This document shows positions 20,559 through 30,390 of a DNA stretch of 64,000 bases, piece by piece; position 1 is the stretch's first letter; each line of letters starts with the position of its first letter. The notes below the pieces were generated by a model. It did no database searches and was not told where the DNA came from. It was given only the letters and a program-made list of their open reading frames with translations. Both the position numbers and the translations under genes were made by a program. Source of the DNA: Candidatus Thorarchaeota archaeon (lineage in GTDB: Archaea; Asgardarchaeota; Thorarchaeia; Thorarchaeales; Thorarchaeaceae); NCBI GenBank assembly GCA_016840855.1, contig JAEORO010000069.1, positions 1 to 64,000 on the forward strand. The letters run 5' to 3'.

Positions 20559-21326
20559 TCATTTCTCTTTCAGGATATCATCGAAAGCTCCTTTGAGACA
20601 AGGAGCTTCGTTAATTTTTTTCTTAGGTGGAAAAGGATATGCTACCTTACTATGAGATAGACCAGATTCGACAAGCATGAATGCGGTTTTGATAGCTACT
20701 ATCCATGGATCGATGATGGGAACCTTTAGCTCTTCCATTATAGGTTTGAGATTGACTTCATGGGATAATGCTGTGCATCCAAGAACAATAACGTCTGCAC
20801 CATGATTATTCAATAGATCTCGACATTCATGAAGAATCTCTTTCTGCGCCTGAGTAGGTTTCTTGGCAATGTCAAGAACAGGCATTTTCAAGTAACGAAC
20901 TCCAGCACAGAACGACTCGAGCCCCTCTTTTCTGACCCCATGTTCTATACATCGTTTCAGAGCTTCGCCTTGAACCGTAATTACACCAAAACGAGTTCCT
21001 AAGGTAAGAGCTAAGTGAAAAGCAGTATTTCGTGGTCCAACCACTGGAACCTCCGAAACCTCGCGAGCAGCCTCAAGAACTGGGTCACATGCACAGTCTA
21101 TCACGATTACATCATAGCCCTTTTTGTTCGCGAGCACTACTTGTTCTAGGATGAACGGAGAGTTATACGCTTCATCCGTCAGAGACTCAACACTGTGAGT
21201 ACCATGTCGAGGAGTGAAGTTACCAATCTCACAACCAGGGGGTGTATGTAAATCAACAAAGGATTTCTTCTTGGGATCTTTCCACCAATCAATACCTGTT
21301 GCTCCAATGAGGGCTAATTTTGTCAT
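20559..21326 (-). CDS. Asp/Glu/hydantoin racemase family protein
   Basis: Two catalytic Cys motifs IDCACDP and VLGCT; VPIIDP. Confidence 0.9.
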   Translation of the reverse strand: MTKLALIGATGIDWWKDPKKKSFVDLHTPPGCEIGNFTPRHGTHSVESLTDEAYNSPFILEQVVLANKKGYDVIVIDCACDPVLEAAREVSEVPVVGPRNTAFHLALTLGTRFGVITVQGEALKRCIEHGVRKEGLESFCAGVRYLKMPVLDIAKKPTQAQKEILHECRDLLNNHGADVIVLGCTALSHEVNLKPIMEELKVPIIDPWIVAIKTAFMLVESGLSHSKVAYPFPPKKKINEAPCLKGAFDDILKEK

Positions 21327-21382
21327 ATGATTGCTCTCTCCTATGAAAATACACAGGATATCTACAATGGCTTACTTTGAAA

Positions 21383-22501
21383 CTAGTGGAGCCGTCCTAT
21401 TATCTCTTCCATTTGCTTGTATTCGAGCTCAGGATGACCATATCTCTCGGGAGAGAACGCTTTCTTCCCAATCTCAGTGCTCCCAGCAAACCGAAGTCTT
21501 TCATGAGCTGAAACAGCTGTAACGACCACTTCCATTCCTTCCCTAAGGTTAGCACTCATTATGCCATGTCCATTCTCAGGATCTTGTAGGCAGATGAGGT
21601 CAGGAAACATCACTACTGGCTTGCTATCACACATGGCCATCATATACTCATTCTTTACAACTAATTCGAAACGACCCTTTAGGTTGTCGGGTTTGATTCG
21701 GACCAAGACATGCCAATGTCCTGCTCGATCCTCACCTTTAACCTCTTTGACCTTACCTTGTGTAAGGACTTGCCCACCCATTACATCTAGAAATGCATCA
21801 ATAGGGTTCTTCTTGTTCGCATTTGCATCTTGAATTGCAGCTCCAAGTTCGATTGATTTTGAAATGCTGTTTGGAATCACTGCTTTCTTGAGCTGTGCTC
21901 CAGATTGATAGTAGTGGTTGTTGGCTCCAGCACCACCATCCTGAACTACAGCGAATCTTCCGATTTCATCAGCAAGTGCAGGGGATGTAGTTTTATCCAC
22001 AATGATTATGCTTCCATTCTTGGAAACAACAGGCATAGGACAGAGCTCAATCCCGTATCCAACAAAAGTAATCATTTGGGTTTCAGGGGCGGATCTTCCA
22101 AGACCATCTCCATCAACACACGTAATCCCTGCTCTTGCAGCTAATGATAGCATTACAGTTGTATTAGTCCCACCAAGTTCAAAGGGGACAAGGTGATTCA
22201 CGTTCTTGCCTGTAATTCTCTCAGATATCTTCATTGCCTCGTGGAGTTCATATCGAGTTTCCCAAGCTTCAAGCATGTCACCTACTGATTTGAAGGCTTG
22301 AACAGAGCCCATATAGCCACCGCATACAATAAAGGCATCATCTCTGATTTCGTCGGGTGGAGTTATCTCGTAGACTCTTCCTTTGTTATAGTCCCAATCC
22401 ACCATTGGCTTCCCGAATGATACAGGATCGCCACCACCACCGGTTCCAAGTATGCCTACTCCTGTAAGCATATCATATGCATTCCCTTTTGTAAGTTTCA
22501 T
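21383..22501 (-). CDS. DUF917 family protein (thiohydantoin desulfurase-like), copy 1
   Basis: LGTGGGG, PFELGGTN, DGDGLGRSAPE, KNE and PDLI. Confidence 0.9.
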   Translation of the reverse strand: MKLTKGNAYDMLTGVGILGTGGGGDPVSFGKPMVDWDYNKGRVYEITPPDEIRDDAFIVCGGYMGSVQAFKSVGDMLEAWETRYELHEAMKISERITGKNVNHLVPFELGGTNTTVMLSLAARAGITCVDGDGLGRSAPETQMITFVGYGIELCPMPVVSKNGSIIIVDKTTSPALADEIGRFAVVQDGGAGANNHYYQSGAQLKKAVIPNSISKSIELGAAIQDANANKKNPIDAFLDVMGGQVLTQGKVKEVKGEDRAGHWHVLVRIKPDNLKGRFELVVKNEYMMAMCDSKPVVMFPDLICLQDPENGHGIMSANLREGMEVVVTAVSAHERLRFAGSTEIGKKAFSPERYGHPELEYKQMEEIIGRLH

Positions 22502-22530
22502 GGTCCCAAAACCCCAATTCTAGACCTTGC

Positions 22531-23331
22531 CTACTTTGCGTCTCGAGTCCCTTCCATTGAATGGACGAATTTGTACCAACGTTGCTTTGTTCCAACCTTC
22601 GCTCTTCTTTTCCATCCACCAGTCTTTGGAATGTCCTCAATTAATTGATGCAACTTCTTAGCTCTGGAAATGACCAGGTCCTTCTGCGCTTGGTCAAGTT
22701 CTTGAACTGTGGGTACAAAATCAATGAATTTCTTGATGTTCTCTGTGACTGTGTAGTAAAAGCCCCAGTCATCAGACAGCATCTTTGCTATGTATTTTCC
22801 ATTTAGAGCTTTGTCTTGTCCATCCTCATTTACATCATGCGCAAGAAATGTAATAATTAGGTCTTTCAAGTCCTTGGCATTTATCTCAACAATCTGAGTC
22901 TTTTCTAAAAACAGCTCAGCTAGAGGAATTGTGGGTGAGTCGACATCTAGACGTTTGTTTTTCTTAAAATCGATTTTATGACAGAATTCTAGGTGGTCAT
23001 AAAAGACATCTATTTTCCGGTCTCTTTCTTTATCTATGAATAGGTCTCTGAGTGTTGAAGCTCTAGCAAAACTAGGTGGCACCCAATAGTATCCAAGATC
23101 ATCTCGAAAGAGATTGATTAGTTTCTGTCGATGATTGTAATATGATACAAAATCTATGTCGGTTACTTCACGGCCCATTTTGATATGAAGATCTGCAAAT
23201 TCTGGGCTCTTTAATCTAAACGCGAGACAGCCAATAATCCGGAGTGGAACTCCAAGATCAGCTGCTGCTTTTTCTATTCTTAAGGCTTCATTCATGAAAT
23301 CATCAAGAATAGGACCATATTTGTCAGTCAC
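22531..23331 (-). CDS. Pol-beta-superfamily nucleotidyltransferase-like protein
   Basis: IIGCLAF...TDIDF (hG-x-DhD), third acid in KIDVF, and C-terminal KTQI...KDLKD. Confidence 0.7.
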   Translation of the reverse strand: MTDKYGPILDDFMNEALRIEKAAADLGVPLRIIGCLAFRLKSPEFADLHIKMGREVTDIDFVSYYNHRQKLINLFRDDLGYYWVPPSFARASTLRDLFIDKERDRKIDVFYDHLEFCHKIDFKKNKRLDVDSPTIPLAELFLEKTQIVEINAKDLKDLIITFLAHDVNEDGQDKALNGKYIAKMLSDDWGFYYTVTENIKKFIDFVPTVQELDQAQKDLVISRAKKLHQLIEDIPKTGGWKRRAKVGTKQRWYKFVHSMEGTRDAK

Positions 23332-23510
23332 TTGTCAGTGCACCTCGATACTCAGATTACATATGACGATGCTGAATTACATTAATATCTTGTGTCATGT
23401 GGCATTATCAGCTTATTTTTCAAAGTCATATTAAAGTACTGGGATACCGCTATACCATTAAGGATTTAAATTGGCTTAAAGAGAATTTCTTTATCATTAT
23501 ATGAGGTAGT

Positions 23511-24455
23511 TTGATGAGAATTTTCCTAGCAGCCGATCCACACGGAAGTCAGCAAACATGGGAGAAGATGTGTAGAGCACCAAAAGTGTTCAAAGCCGAT
23601 GTAGCAATGATGTGCGGAGACCTCACTGGCAAGGCAATCATGCCAATTATTCAAGAGAAAGAAGATAGATGGTATGCCTCACCACATGGTAGCAAAAAAA
23701 CATTCAAGAAGCAAAAGGACTTGGATACTTTTATTAAATTCACAAAGGATGAAGGATACTATCCAAAGATCCTAACACCAGAGGAACTTGCCAAACTTCG
23801 AGAAACACCAGGCGCCATAACCAAATTATTCCAAGATTTAATGCAAGAAAGAATACAGCTATGGATGGATATGGCAAATGAAAGAATTCCAGAAGACATT
23901 ATGGTAGTTGTCAATCCAGGGAACGATGATGACTTATCTATAGATAAGGTCATTCAGGACGATCCGCGGGTCATCTATCCTCTTAAGAAAGTTGTAGATG
24001 TAAGAGGGTATCCTATGATTAGCTTGGAGTGGGTAAATTCCACACCTTGGAACACTCATCGAGAATGCCCTGATGAGGAATTAATGGACAAGCTTGAAGC
24101 TGAGTTTGCCCGACTCGAAACGAATGATTATTCAAATGTGATATGTAATTTTCATGATCCACCATATAATTCCGGACTGGATACCGCTCCTACATTGGAT
24201 GAAGAATTCAAGATAAAGAAATCCGGTGCAATGGAGGTTCTGGGTCCTGTAGGGAGCAAGTCAGTTAGAGCTGTGATTGAAAAGTATGAACCACTTCTTG
24301 GTATGCATGGACACATTCACGAATCTGTTGGATACCGGCAAATTGGTAGAACACTTTGTGTGAATCCGGGTTCGGAATATAGAGAAGGAATCTTGAAAGG
24401 TTTCCTAATCACAGTTGAGGATGGTAAAGTCCAAGCTGGTAGAGTTGAACTCTAA
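23511..24455 (+). CDS. Icc-like calcineurin-fold metallophosphoesterase
   Basis: DPHG, GDLTG, PGNDD, HDPP, HGHIHE and NPGS. Confidence 0.92.
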   Translation: MMRIFLAADPHGSQQTWEKMCRAPKVFKADVAMMCGDLTGKAIMPIIQEKEDRWYASPHGSKKTFKKQKDLDTFIKFTKDEGYYPKILTPEELAKLRETPGAITKLFQDLMQERIQLWMDMANERIPEDIMVVVNPGNDDDLSIDKVIQDDPRVIYPLKKVVDVRGYPMISLEWVNSTPWNTHRECPDEELMDKLEAEFARLETNDYSNVICNFHDPPYNSGLDTAPTLDEEFKIKKSGAMEVLGPVGSKSVRAVIEKYEPLLGMHGHIHESVGYRQIGRTLCVNPGSEYREGILKGFLITVEDGKVQAGRVEL

Positions 24456-24471
24456 TTCAGTACAAAAATAT

Positions 24472-24506
24472 GGGGAGTGTATCACGCTTCCCGATTCTCT
24501 CTTTTT
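24472..24506 (+). terminator. Stem-loop plus U-tract after the phosphoesterase gene
   Basis: GGGGAGTGT-ATC-ACGCTTCCC (two G-U pairs on the + strand), then GATTCTCTCTTTTT. Confidence 0.6.
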
Positions 24507-24571
24507 AGAAAGAAAATAAATAGTAGAGATATTAACATGGATTTAATAAATTAAATCTGGAAAGGGTTCTG

Positions 24572-25687
24572 ATGACGCTTTTATTAAAGACTAGAACTGA
24601 TGTGGATGATCTTACAACAGGCTGCACTTTCTTCGGGACAGGCGGAGGAGGTAGCAAACAGCTTGGTCTCGATATGCTATACCCGCATGTCGATGCTGGA
24701 AAAACAATTGAAATCGTAGATGTAGGAAAAGTTCGTGACAACGACTGGGTTGCTTGTGCATACTACTCAGGCACAATAGCTCCACCAACTCCTGAGATTG
24801 AAGCACTGCGTACACGGTTTACATGGGATTTCTTTGAAAAGGAGCTAGCAGAAGGTCTAGCATCACTTGAAGAGTATATGGGAGTAAAGTTTGCCGCTGT
24901 TGCTCCATTCGAATTGGGTGGAGTCAATACCCCAGCACCAATCGATGCTGCAGTTAAATATGGTATCCCGTGTGTTGATGGAGATTACTCAGGACGCGCG
25001 GTTCCAGAAATTTGTCAAAATACAGTGTGTGTAAAAGGATATTCTATGGCACCTATGGCTCTTATTGACTGGTTTGGAAATAAGAGCATTGTACAAAATG
25101 TGATTAATTATGAGATGGGTGAACGCCTTTCAAAGGCACTTAGTGAAGTTGCGTGGGGTAGGCTTGGAAATGTGGCGTTCCCAGTTAAGGGAAAGGACTT
25201 TCATGATGCAATTATTCCGAACACATTAACAAAGAGCTATGATGTTGGAAAAATGATCCGAGAATGCAGAGAATCAGGTGATGATCCAGCTGAGAAGATT
25301 GTAGAGAGAGTCGGTGGTTGGGTGTTGTTCAGAGGAGAGGTCGTTGAAAAGACATGGGAGAATAGAGAGGGATATATGTGGGGAGAAACTGAGATTAAAG
25401 GTTCAGGCATTAAGCATGGGAAGAAATTCAAGGTATGGTTCAAGAATGAGAACCACATTACGTGGCTTGATGGAAAACCTTGGATAATGAGCCCAGACAT
25501 TATTGAGATTATTAATGCTAAAACTGGCGAACCAATTACAAACACTGACATAAAGCCAGGCGATAAAGTAAGCGTTTTAGGTATGGAAGGAGAAAAGCTA
25601 TTCAGAAGTCCAGAAGGTCTGAAGGTATTAGGACCTCGTCATTTCGGATTTAACCTAGACTATAGACCGATTGAAGAACTAGTATAA
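24572..25687 (+). CDS. DUF917 family protein, copy 2
   Basis: FGTGGGG, PFELGGVN, DGDYSGRAVPE, FKNEN and GPRHFG. Confidence 0.9.
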   Translation: MTLLLKTRTDVDDLTTGCTFFGTGGGGSKQLGLDMLYPHVDAGKTIEIVDVGKVRDNDWVACAYYSGTIAPPTPEIEALRTRFTWDFFEKELAEGLASLEEYMGVKFAAVAPFELGGVNTPAPIDAAVKYGIPCVDGDYSGRAVPEICQNTVCVKGYSMAPMALIDWFGNKSIVQNVINYEMGERLSKALSEVAWGRLGNVAFPVKGKDFHDAIIPNTLTKSYDVGKMIRECRESGDDPAEKIVERVGGWVLFRGEVVEKTWENREGYMWGETEIKGSGIKHGKKFKVWFKNENHITWLDGKPWIMSPDIIEIINAKTGEPITNTDIKPGDKVSVLGMEGEKLFRSPEGLKVLGPRHFGFNLDYRPIEELV

Positions 25688-25745
25688 GATTGTAGGGGGC
25701 ATAGATTGTATCAAAGCTCTTTACAAATTAGACAATTGTGCGGTA

Positions 25746-26447
25746 TCAACTAGTCAGTTTTATCTTCACAACATAATGTTTACGCAATCCCGCAGGTTCT
25801 TTTAATATCAGTATTCCTTCATAGTCATCGTTGAAGAATTTAGTGAGATTCTTATCAGGATCTTCCCCACTTTTTCGCATCAACCTCGCAACATGGTAAA
25901 TCAGTTCCTGAACCCATTTTCGCAAGTGCTTTCTTTCATTTTCTACTAGATTGGGATTCGCCTCAATGTAGTAATGAATCTCCCAAGCTATCTTACGGTT
26001 GTACCATGCAGAAGCAAGGAAGTTGATTAGCACCATCGCAATTGCTAGTACAGCTAGAGGAATAATGAAATCCTGTAAGAAAGCCCACTGAAAAACCCAT
26101 GTGAGTAAAAGTACAGGCGCAACAATAGTGAGTAAAGCCATTGATGCAAAAGAGAAGTACTGCTTTCTATTGAGCCAGCCTTCAATGCCTGGAATCTTAG
26201 GACCAATTGCAGCAAGCTTATGCAGAACCTTTCGAATGACTCCCCATTGTCTTATGAAACTTTGGGGCAATTCACCTTTGTTGATCTTCTTATCGATAAA
26301 GGCAAGTTCGTAAGTTCTGTTTATTCGATAGCCATCAAAGACAGTAATGAGGTTTCGACTAAATTTCAAGTCCAATTCAGAGGGGTTGAAATTAAAATCG
26401 TCCAAAGAGATAGGAGTTCCTTTCTTGCGTTTTGATTGCTGACTCAT
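25746..26447 (-). CDS. Hypothetical 2-TM membrane protein
   Basis: 233-aa ORF with a central helical hairpin and an upstream GAGGA; no family recognised. Confidence 0.7.
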   Translation of the reverse strand: MSQQSKRKKGTPISLDDFNFNPSELDLKFSRNLITVFDGYRINRTYELAFIDKKINKGELPQSFIRQWGVIRKVLHKLAAIGPKIPGIEGWLNRKQYFSFASMALLTIVAPVLLLTWVFQWAFLQDFIIPLAVLAIAMVLINFLASAWYNRKIAWEIHYYIEANPNLVENERKHLRKWVQELIYHVARLMRKSGEDPDKNLTKFFNDDYEGILILKEPAGLRKHYVVKIKLTS

Positions 26448-26610
26448 CTTTCATAGTCCTCTTTCTGCAGGCTCATGTTATCAGCTAATTAACATTTGTG
26501 ATTTTGAGCTAAATCGCAACCGTCTGGTTTAAGAACTGCCCTGTTCGAACACAATTTAGCAACTCCGGGTGACCTTTAAAAAAGGGGTACTTCAATGGTG
26601 AAATAGCACA

Positions 26611-27540
26611 ATGTCCAACAATGATAGACTTCCAGATATCGAGTATATTGGCACAGATCCTTATAGTGAGAAACAGCATGAGATACAAATTAATCCAAAT
26701 TGCGCCAGATTCGTTCTTCCTCGAGAAAAGAAAGGAAAAGAATACCAAGCAGTTTTTGATGCAGAATGGAAGGAAGTCATATCGTTTGAGGTGTGTGAGG
26801 TTCATTATGGTAAGGATGATCAAACATGGCCAATTGATGAAGTACTACCCGATGATTTCAAACCATTGGGAACGGTGGGCCTGCTTTTTCTCTATATGAT
26901 GCCCTTTGGTCAAGCATTCTTTCCGGTATGGGGCAAAATACCACTAGAAGATGTACTAAAAGTTCGAAGCCTCATAGAAGAACGATTGCAGCGACCGTCA
27001 TTACCTGGATTAGCTCACCATGGAACAGCAGCGGCTGTAAAATATGTACTTCAGCATTGTGAGATTCAAAGTCAGAAAAGAGCAGAGTGGTATGATTGGA
27101 CAAAGAAAGGACGTATGTCTAAACCAAATCCTAAATTCCGAGAAATAGGACCGAATTATGTTTACTGTAAAGAGGGGATGGCAATTGACTTCTACGGTGC
27201 AGGTGAGCAGCTGGAGCAGATGTCAACATTTTGGCCTTGGAGACTGGTAAAAAGAGTCTTTGCGGATCACAACGAGCTCGTTGTACGATACCAATGGTAT
27301 GAGGACTCCTATATGTTTGAACAACAGGTATTGGAAGATGATGATCGCCATGAGTTCGGAGAAAAAGCGGAAGCAGCACTTGCATCTTACCAATCCTCTG
27401 ATGATGTAAAAGAGCTCCTTTTGATAAGACCTTGGTCATTTCCTTCAAAATTTCATCGAACATGGGATAAACTAGAGGCTTTTTCGAGCAAAGCGAGCAG
27501 AAACAGATTCCCGCCAATCTATGACTTTCAAGAAGAGTAG
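26611..27540 (+). CDS. Hypothetical soluble protein
   Basis: 309-aa ORF with a GGTGA SD and protein-like composition; no family recognised. Confidence 0.7.
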   Translation: MSNNDRLPDIEYIGTDPYSEKQHEIQINPNCARFVLPREKKGKEYQAVFDAEWKEVISFEVCEVHYGKDDQTWPIDEVLPDDFKPLGTVGLLFLYMMPFGQAFFPVWGKIPLEDVLKVRSLIEERLQRPSLPGLAHHGTAAAVKYVLQHCEIQSQKRAEWYDWTKKGRMSKPNPKFREIGPNYVYCKEGMAIDFYGAGEQLEQMSTFWPWRLVKRVFADHNELVVRYQWYEDSYMFEQQVLEDDDRHEFGEKAEAALASYQSSDDVKELLLIRPWSFPSKFHRTWDKLEAFSSKASRNRFPPIYDFQEE

Positions 27541-27588
27541 AAGAAACGACTTTGATCATACTTTGATATTGTAAGGATAGCTATAGTT

Positions 27589-27629
27589 GAAAAAAAAAGA
27601 AATGAAGAAGAGAGCTTGCGGCTCTCTTC
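27589..27629 (-). terminator. Stem-loop plus U-tract after the APC permease gene
   Basis: GAAGAGAGC-N5-GCTCTCTTC (27607-27629), followed on the minus strand by TTCATTTCTTTTTTTTT. Confidence 0.7.
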
Positions 27630-27643
27630 AAATATTCTATAAT

Positions 27644-29206
27644 CTACTCTGGTGGTAGTTGTCCGAAGATTGCGGACATCTCGATGCCCTTGGCTTTGTT
27701 CTTAGCACCATAGTACATGTATGCCAGTTGACCAATCAGGTACACAATGACTGTGAACCAGACCTCAAACTGAACAGTGGGATCTGGTACGTAGGCAATC
27801 AATGCATAGAAGAATGCTGCGCCTGAAATCAGACCAGCAAGCGAAACTAATGGAATGCCAAGGAATTTCCATGCACCACTCCGCTCCCACAATGTTGGCC
27901 TATAGTATGGCAGTGAAACTGCAGCCAATGCCATTTGCCATCTGATGAAGACATAGGTGAAAGCCACGCCTATCAGAGAAGCCAAGGCTGTGCCAAAGAA
28001 GGCTTGTAGGATTGTTGCGTATAGGACTGTACCTAGCGATAGAATCAACCAGAACCACAGTGTGATGTGTGGCACATGGTACTTCGGGTGGACTCTTGCG
28101 AATGCCTCTGGGCAGAACCTGTCCATAGCCATCGAGTGCATTGGTCGGGTCACCCACAGCGCATTGCTTGGTGAGTCTAAGACACTAGCAAAGATTGGGC
28201 ACAGGATCACGAACCAGGCAATTGGATTGGCTCCTAGCGCTATTGCTGCGTAGTTACCAAATCCTGGGAAGAACCCAGTGACACCATTTGCGAGGTTGAT
28301 ACCATAGAGGTTGTTACCCATGCTGGCCTGAACTGCGAATGCAGATAGCAAGAAGAAGCCGGCAATGCCAGCCCAACCACCAACGTTGCTAAGCGGAATG
28401 TTCCTGCTTGGCTGTGAAACCTCACCTGCAACTGGCATAATCAGATAGGGCCACATTCCTCCAACTGTCAGAATGAGAGCACCACCAATTGCGCCAGGGT
28501 TGAAGTCTATGTAGTTGACTGGTGTAGACGGGTTAAATGCACCCGGACCAGCAGCCCAAGCGCCAGTACCAAATACACCATCCCATACAGTCTGGTTTAT
28601 TGGGCTCGCAATTAGGACTAGGTCAGCAACCAGTAGAGCTACTATGTTAATGATACCTAAGATTATAACGAACCATCCCAGCCATTTGACACTGAGATAG
28701 CTGAAGATGAATCCAACAAAAATCATCAACGCAGCAGCCACGAACAACCAGATTACGTTACCCTGAAGTTCTTGCGCGAAGGATACTAGGCCTGCGTTTC
28801 CGGTAGCCCATCCAATGACGACAAGTCCGCCAGCGAAAATTTGTACAGCAAAAAAGCTTCCAGTGCCTCTAAAGACTGGGTTGGTAATCACGCTTCGCCA
28901 GCCTTCCATTACACCAAATATAGGGCTCAGACCACGTCCGGTGAAGTGGTATGATGCACCAGACCTTGGCATCGCGAGCATCAGACACATCAGTGAAATT
29001 GCTTCAAAGAATACAATGCCTGAACCGATGGCATACATCGGTAACAGATGCGCGCCGGGATACCAGGATGAAACCTGTGGTCCAAAGTAGTGGAACCAAG
29101 GTCCTAGTGTTAGTGCTATTGGAAGAAGAAGAGCGAAACCGGTACCTACTTCCTTTACAAGGCCGGAGCTCTCTCGCACGAAGAGGAGCTTTTCTTCCTC
29201 ACTCAA
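27644..29206 (-). CDS. APC-family amino acid/polyamine permease
   Basis: FVRESSGLVKE, AMPRSG, AGEVSQP, RPMHSMAMDR, HPKYHVP and C-terminal FGQLPPE. Confidence 0.92.
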   Translation of the reverse strand: MSEEEKLLFVRESSGLVKEVGTGFALLLPIALTLGPWFHYFGPQVSSWYPGAHLLPMYAIGSGIVFFEAISLMCLMLAMPRSGASYHFTGRGLSPIFGVMEGWRSVITNPVFRGTGSFFAVQIFAGGLVVIGWATGNAGLVSFAQELQGNVIWLFVAAALMIFVGFIFSYLSVKWLGWFVIILGIINIVALLVADLVLIASPINQTVWDGVFGTGAWAAGPGAFNPSTPVNYIDFNPGAIGGALILTVGGMWPYLIMPVAGEVSQPSRNIPLSNVGGWAGIAGFFLLSAFAVQASMGNNLYGINLANGVTGFFPGFGNYAAIALGANPIAWFVILCPIFASVLDSPSNALWVTRPMHSMAMDRFCPEAFARVHPKYHVPHITLWFWLILSLGTVLYATILQAFFGTALASLIGVAFTYVFIRWQMALAAVSLPYYRPTLWERSGAWKFLGIPLVSLAGLISGAAFFYALIAYVPDPTVQFEVWFTVIVYLIGQLAYMYYGAKNKAKGIEMSAIFGQLPPE

Positions 29207-29387
29207 TTTGCGTTGTTCTCCTTTTTTTCTCTCTCACGACAAGAAAACGAATCGTTATCGTGATAATGTTTTAGGGGTGTACGCTGATATTTAAACTAAA
29301 GGGTATCATTTTTTGAGACTTTAATATCGACTTTAATATTATTAGCTCCTATTCAATACGGCATTTGTCGGAGTGCTCAAAATACTA

Positions 29388-30167
29388 TCACGAGTGTCGA
29401 AGTCTCTTAAAGAAATCCTGATCTAGAAGGAGCACCTCGACATTCTTTGTACGAACACCAGTACGACTCTCTAGAAGGACATTCAAAATGATTTCAATAT
29501 CCATTATGTGAACCGGCGGGACTGAGACCTTCATGTCTTTAGTGGCATATCCCAGTGCTTCCTGTTTCCCTTCATTTGTGACAATGCCATTTGTAATTAG
29601 AACACCCTGATTTGCTTGATGAGTTGGAAGAGACCCTCTAATCTCGCGAATGAGGTCAGCCCCAATCCTCTCGTCAAAGTCGCACTTCTTGGCGTATACA
29701 ACAACAGGAGACCTACCACCATCATCTCGCCATGATGTTAGAAGCACAACGGTTTCATTATGTGTATCAACCTCTTCAGCCTCCTCTACACAGGCTCGAA
29801 TGTTAAGAAGAACAATTCTTGCGAGATCGTTAAATCCTTCTAAATCGAGTCGAGCAATCTCATGTCTCATCTCTCTGCGAGTTGCACGATTAAAGTCATC
29901 AGCACGAGCTCGCACTTCAGCAATTAATTCCTCGTCCACTGCTCCTTCGCAAAGGTCGTTATACTGATATAGTCCAGGTCCTGTACGTAGGAAATACGCA
30001 GGCCGATTATCTTCCTGTGCTTGTTTGCCTTCAATGGAGAGGGATGCTGAAACTGAGGCAGGATCACGTGCCAATGCTTCTGCAATCTTCTTATAATGAA
30101 CTGGCTCAGCCCTAGCATGTTGTGCGAGCCATTCTCTGAGGGTAAGTTTTGATATCTTATCTGCCAA
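29388..30167 (-). CDS. HARE-HTH plus Mrr-like restriction endonuclease domain (catalytic motif degenerate)
   Basis: N-terminal HYKKIA...SVSASLS...FLRTGPGLY; C-terminal YAKK, IREIRG, GVLITN and HIMD. Confidence 0.75.
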   Translation of the reverse strand: MADKISKLTLREWLAQHARAEPVHYKKIAEALARDPASVSASLSIEGKQAQEDNRPAYFLRTGPGLYQYNDLCEGAVDEELIAEVRARADDFNRATRREMRHEIARLDLEGFNDLARIVLLNIRACVEEAEEVDTHNETVVLLTSWRDDGGRSPVVVYAKKCDFDERIGADLIREIRGSLPTHQANQGVLITNGIVTNEGKQEALGYATKDMKVSVPPVHIMDIEIILNVLLESRTGVRTKNVEVLLLDQDFFKRLRHS

Positions 30168-30390
30168 TTTCTATCGCAACCGATGCTGTCGTTAGCTTTT
30201 TTGACTACCCACTATTGTTGGGCGTATCCTTGTTATCAAGGTGAAATCAAGGTGATGTCTGGTAACATCCCCTTTATGACATTTGTCCCGCCCCGTGGCT
30301 ATGGTGGGCATTCCTGTTGATTTTTGTATTTATATGGGTAAATTTAAACTTTAAGACTGTATTAAGAATTATGAGTGTGGATAAAAGAAA

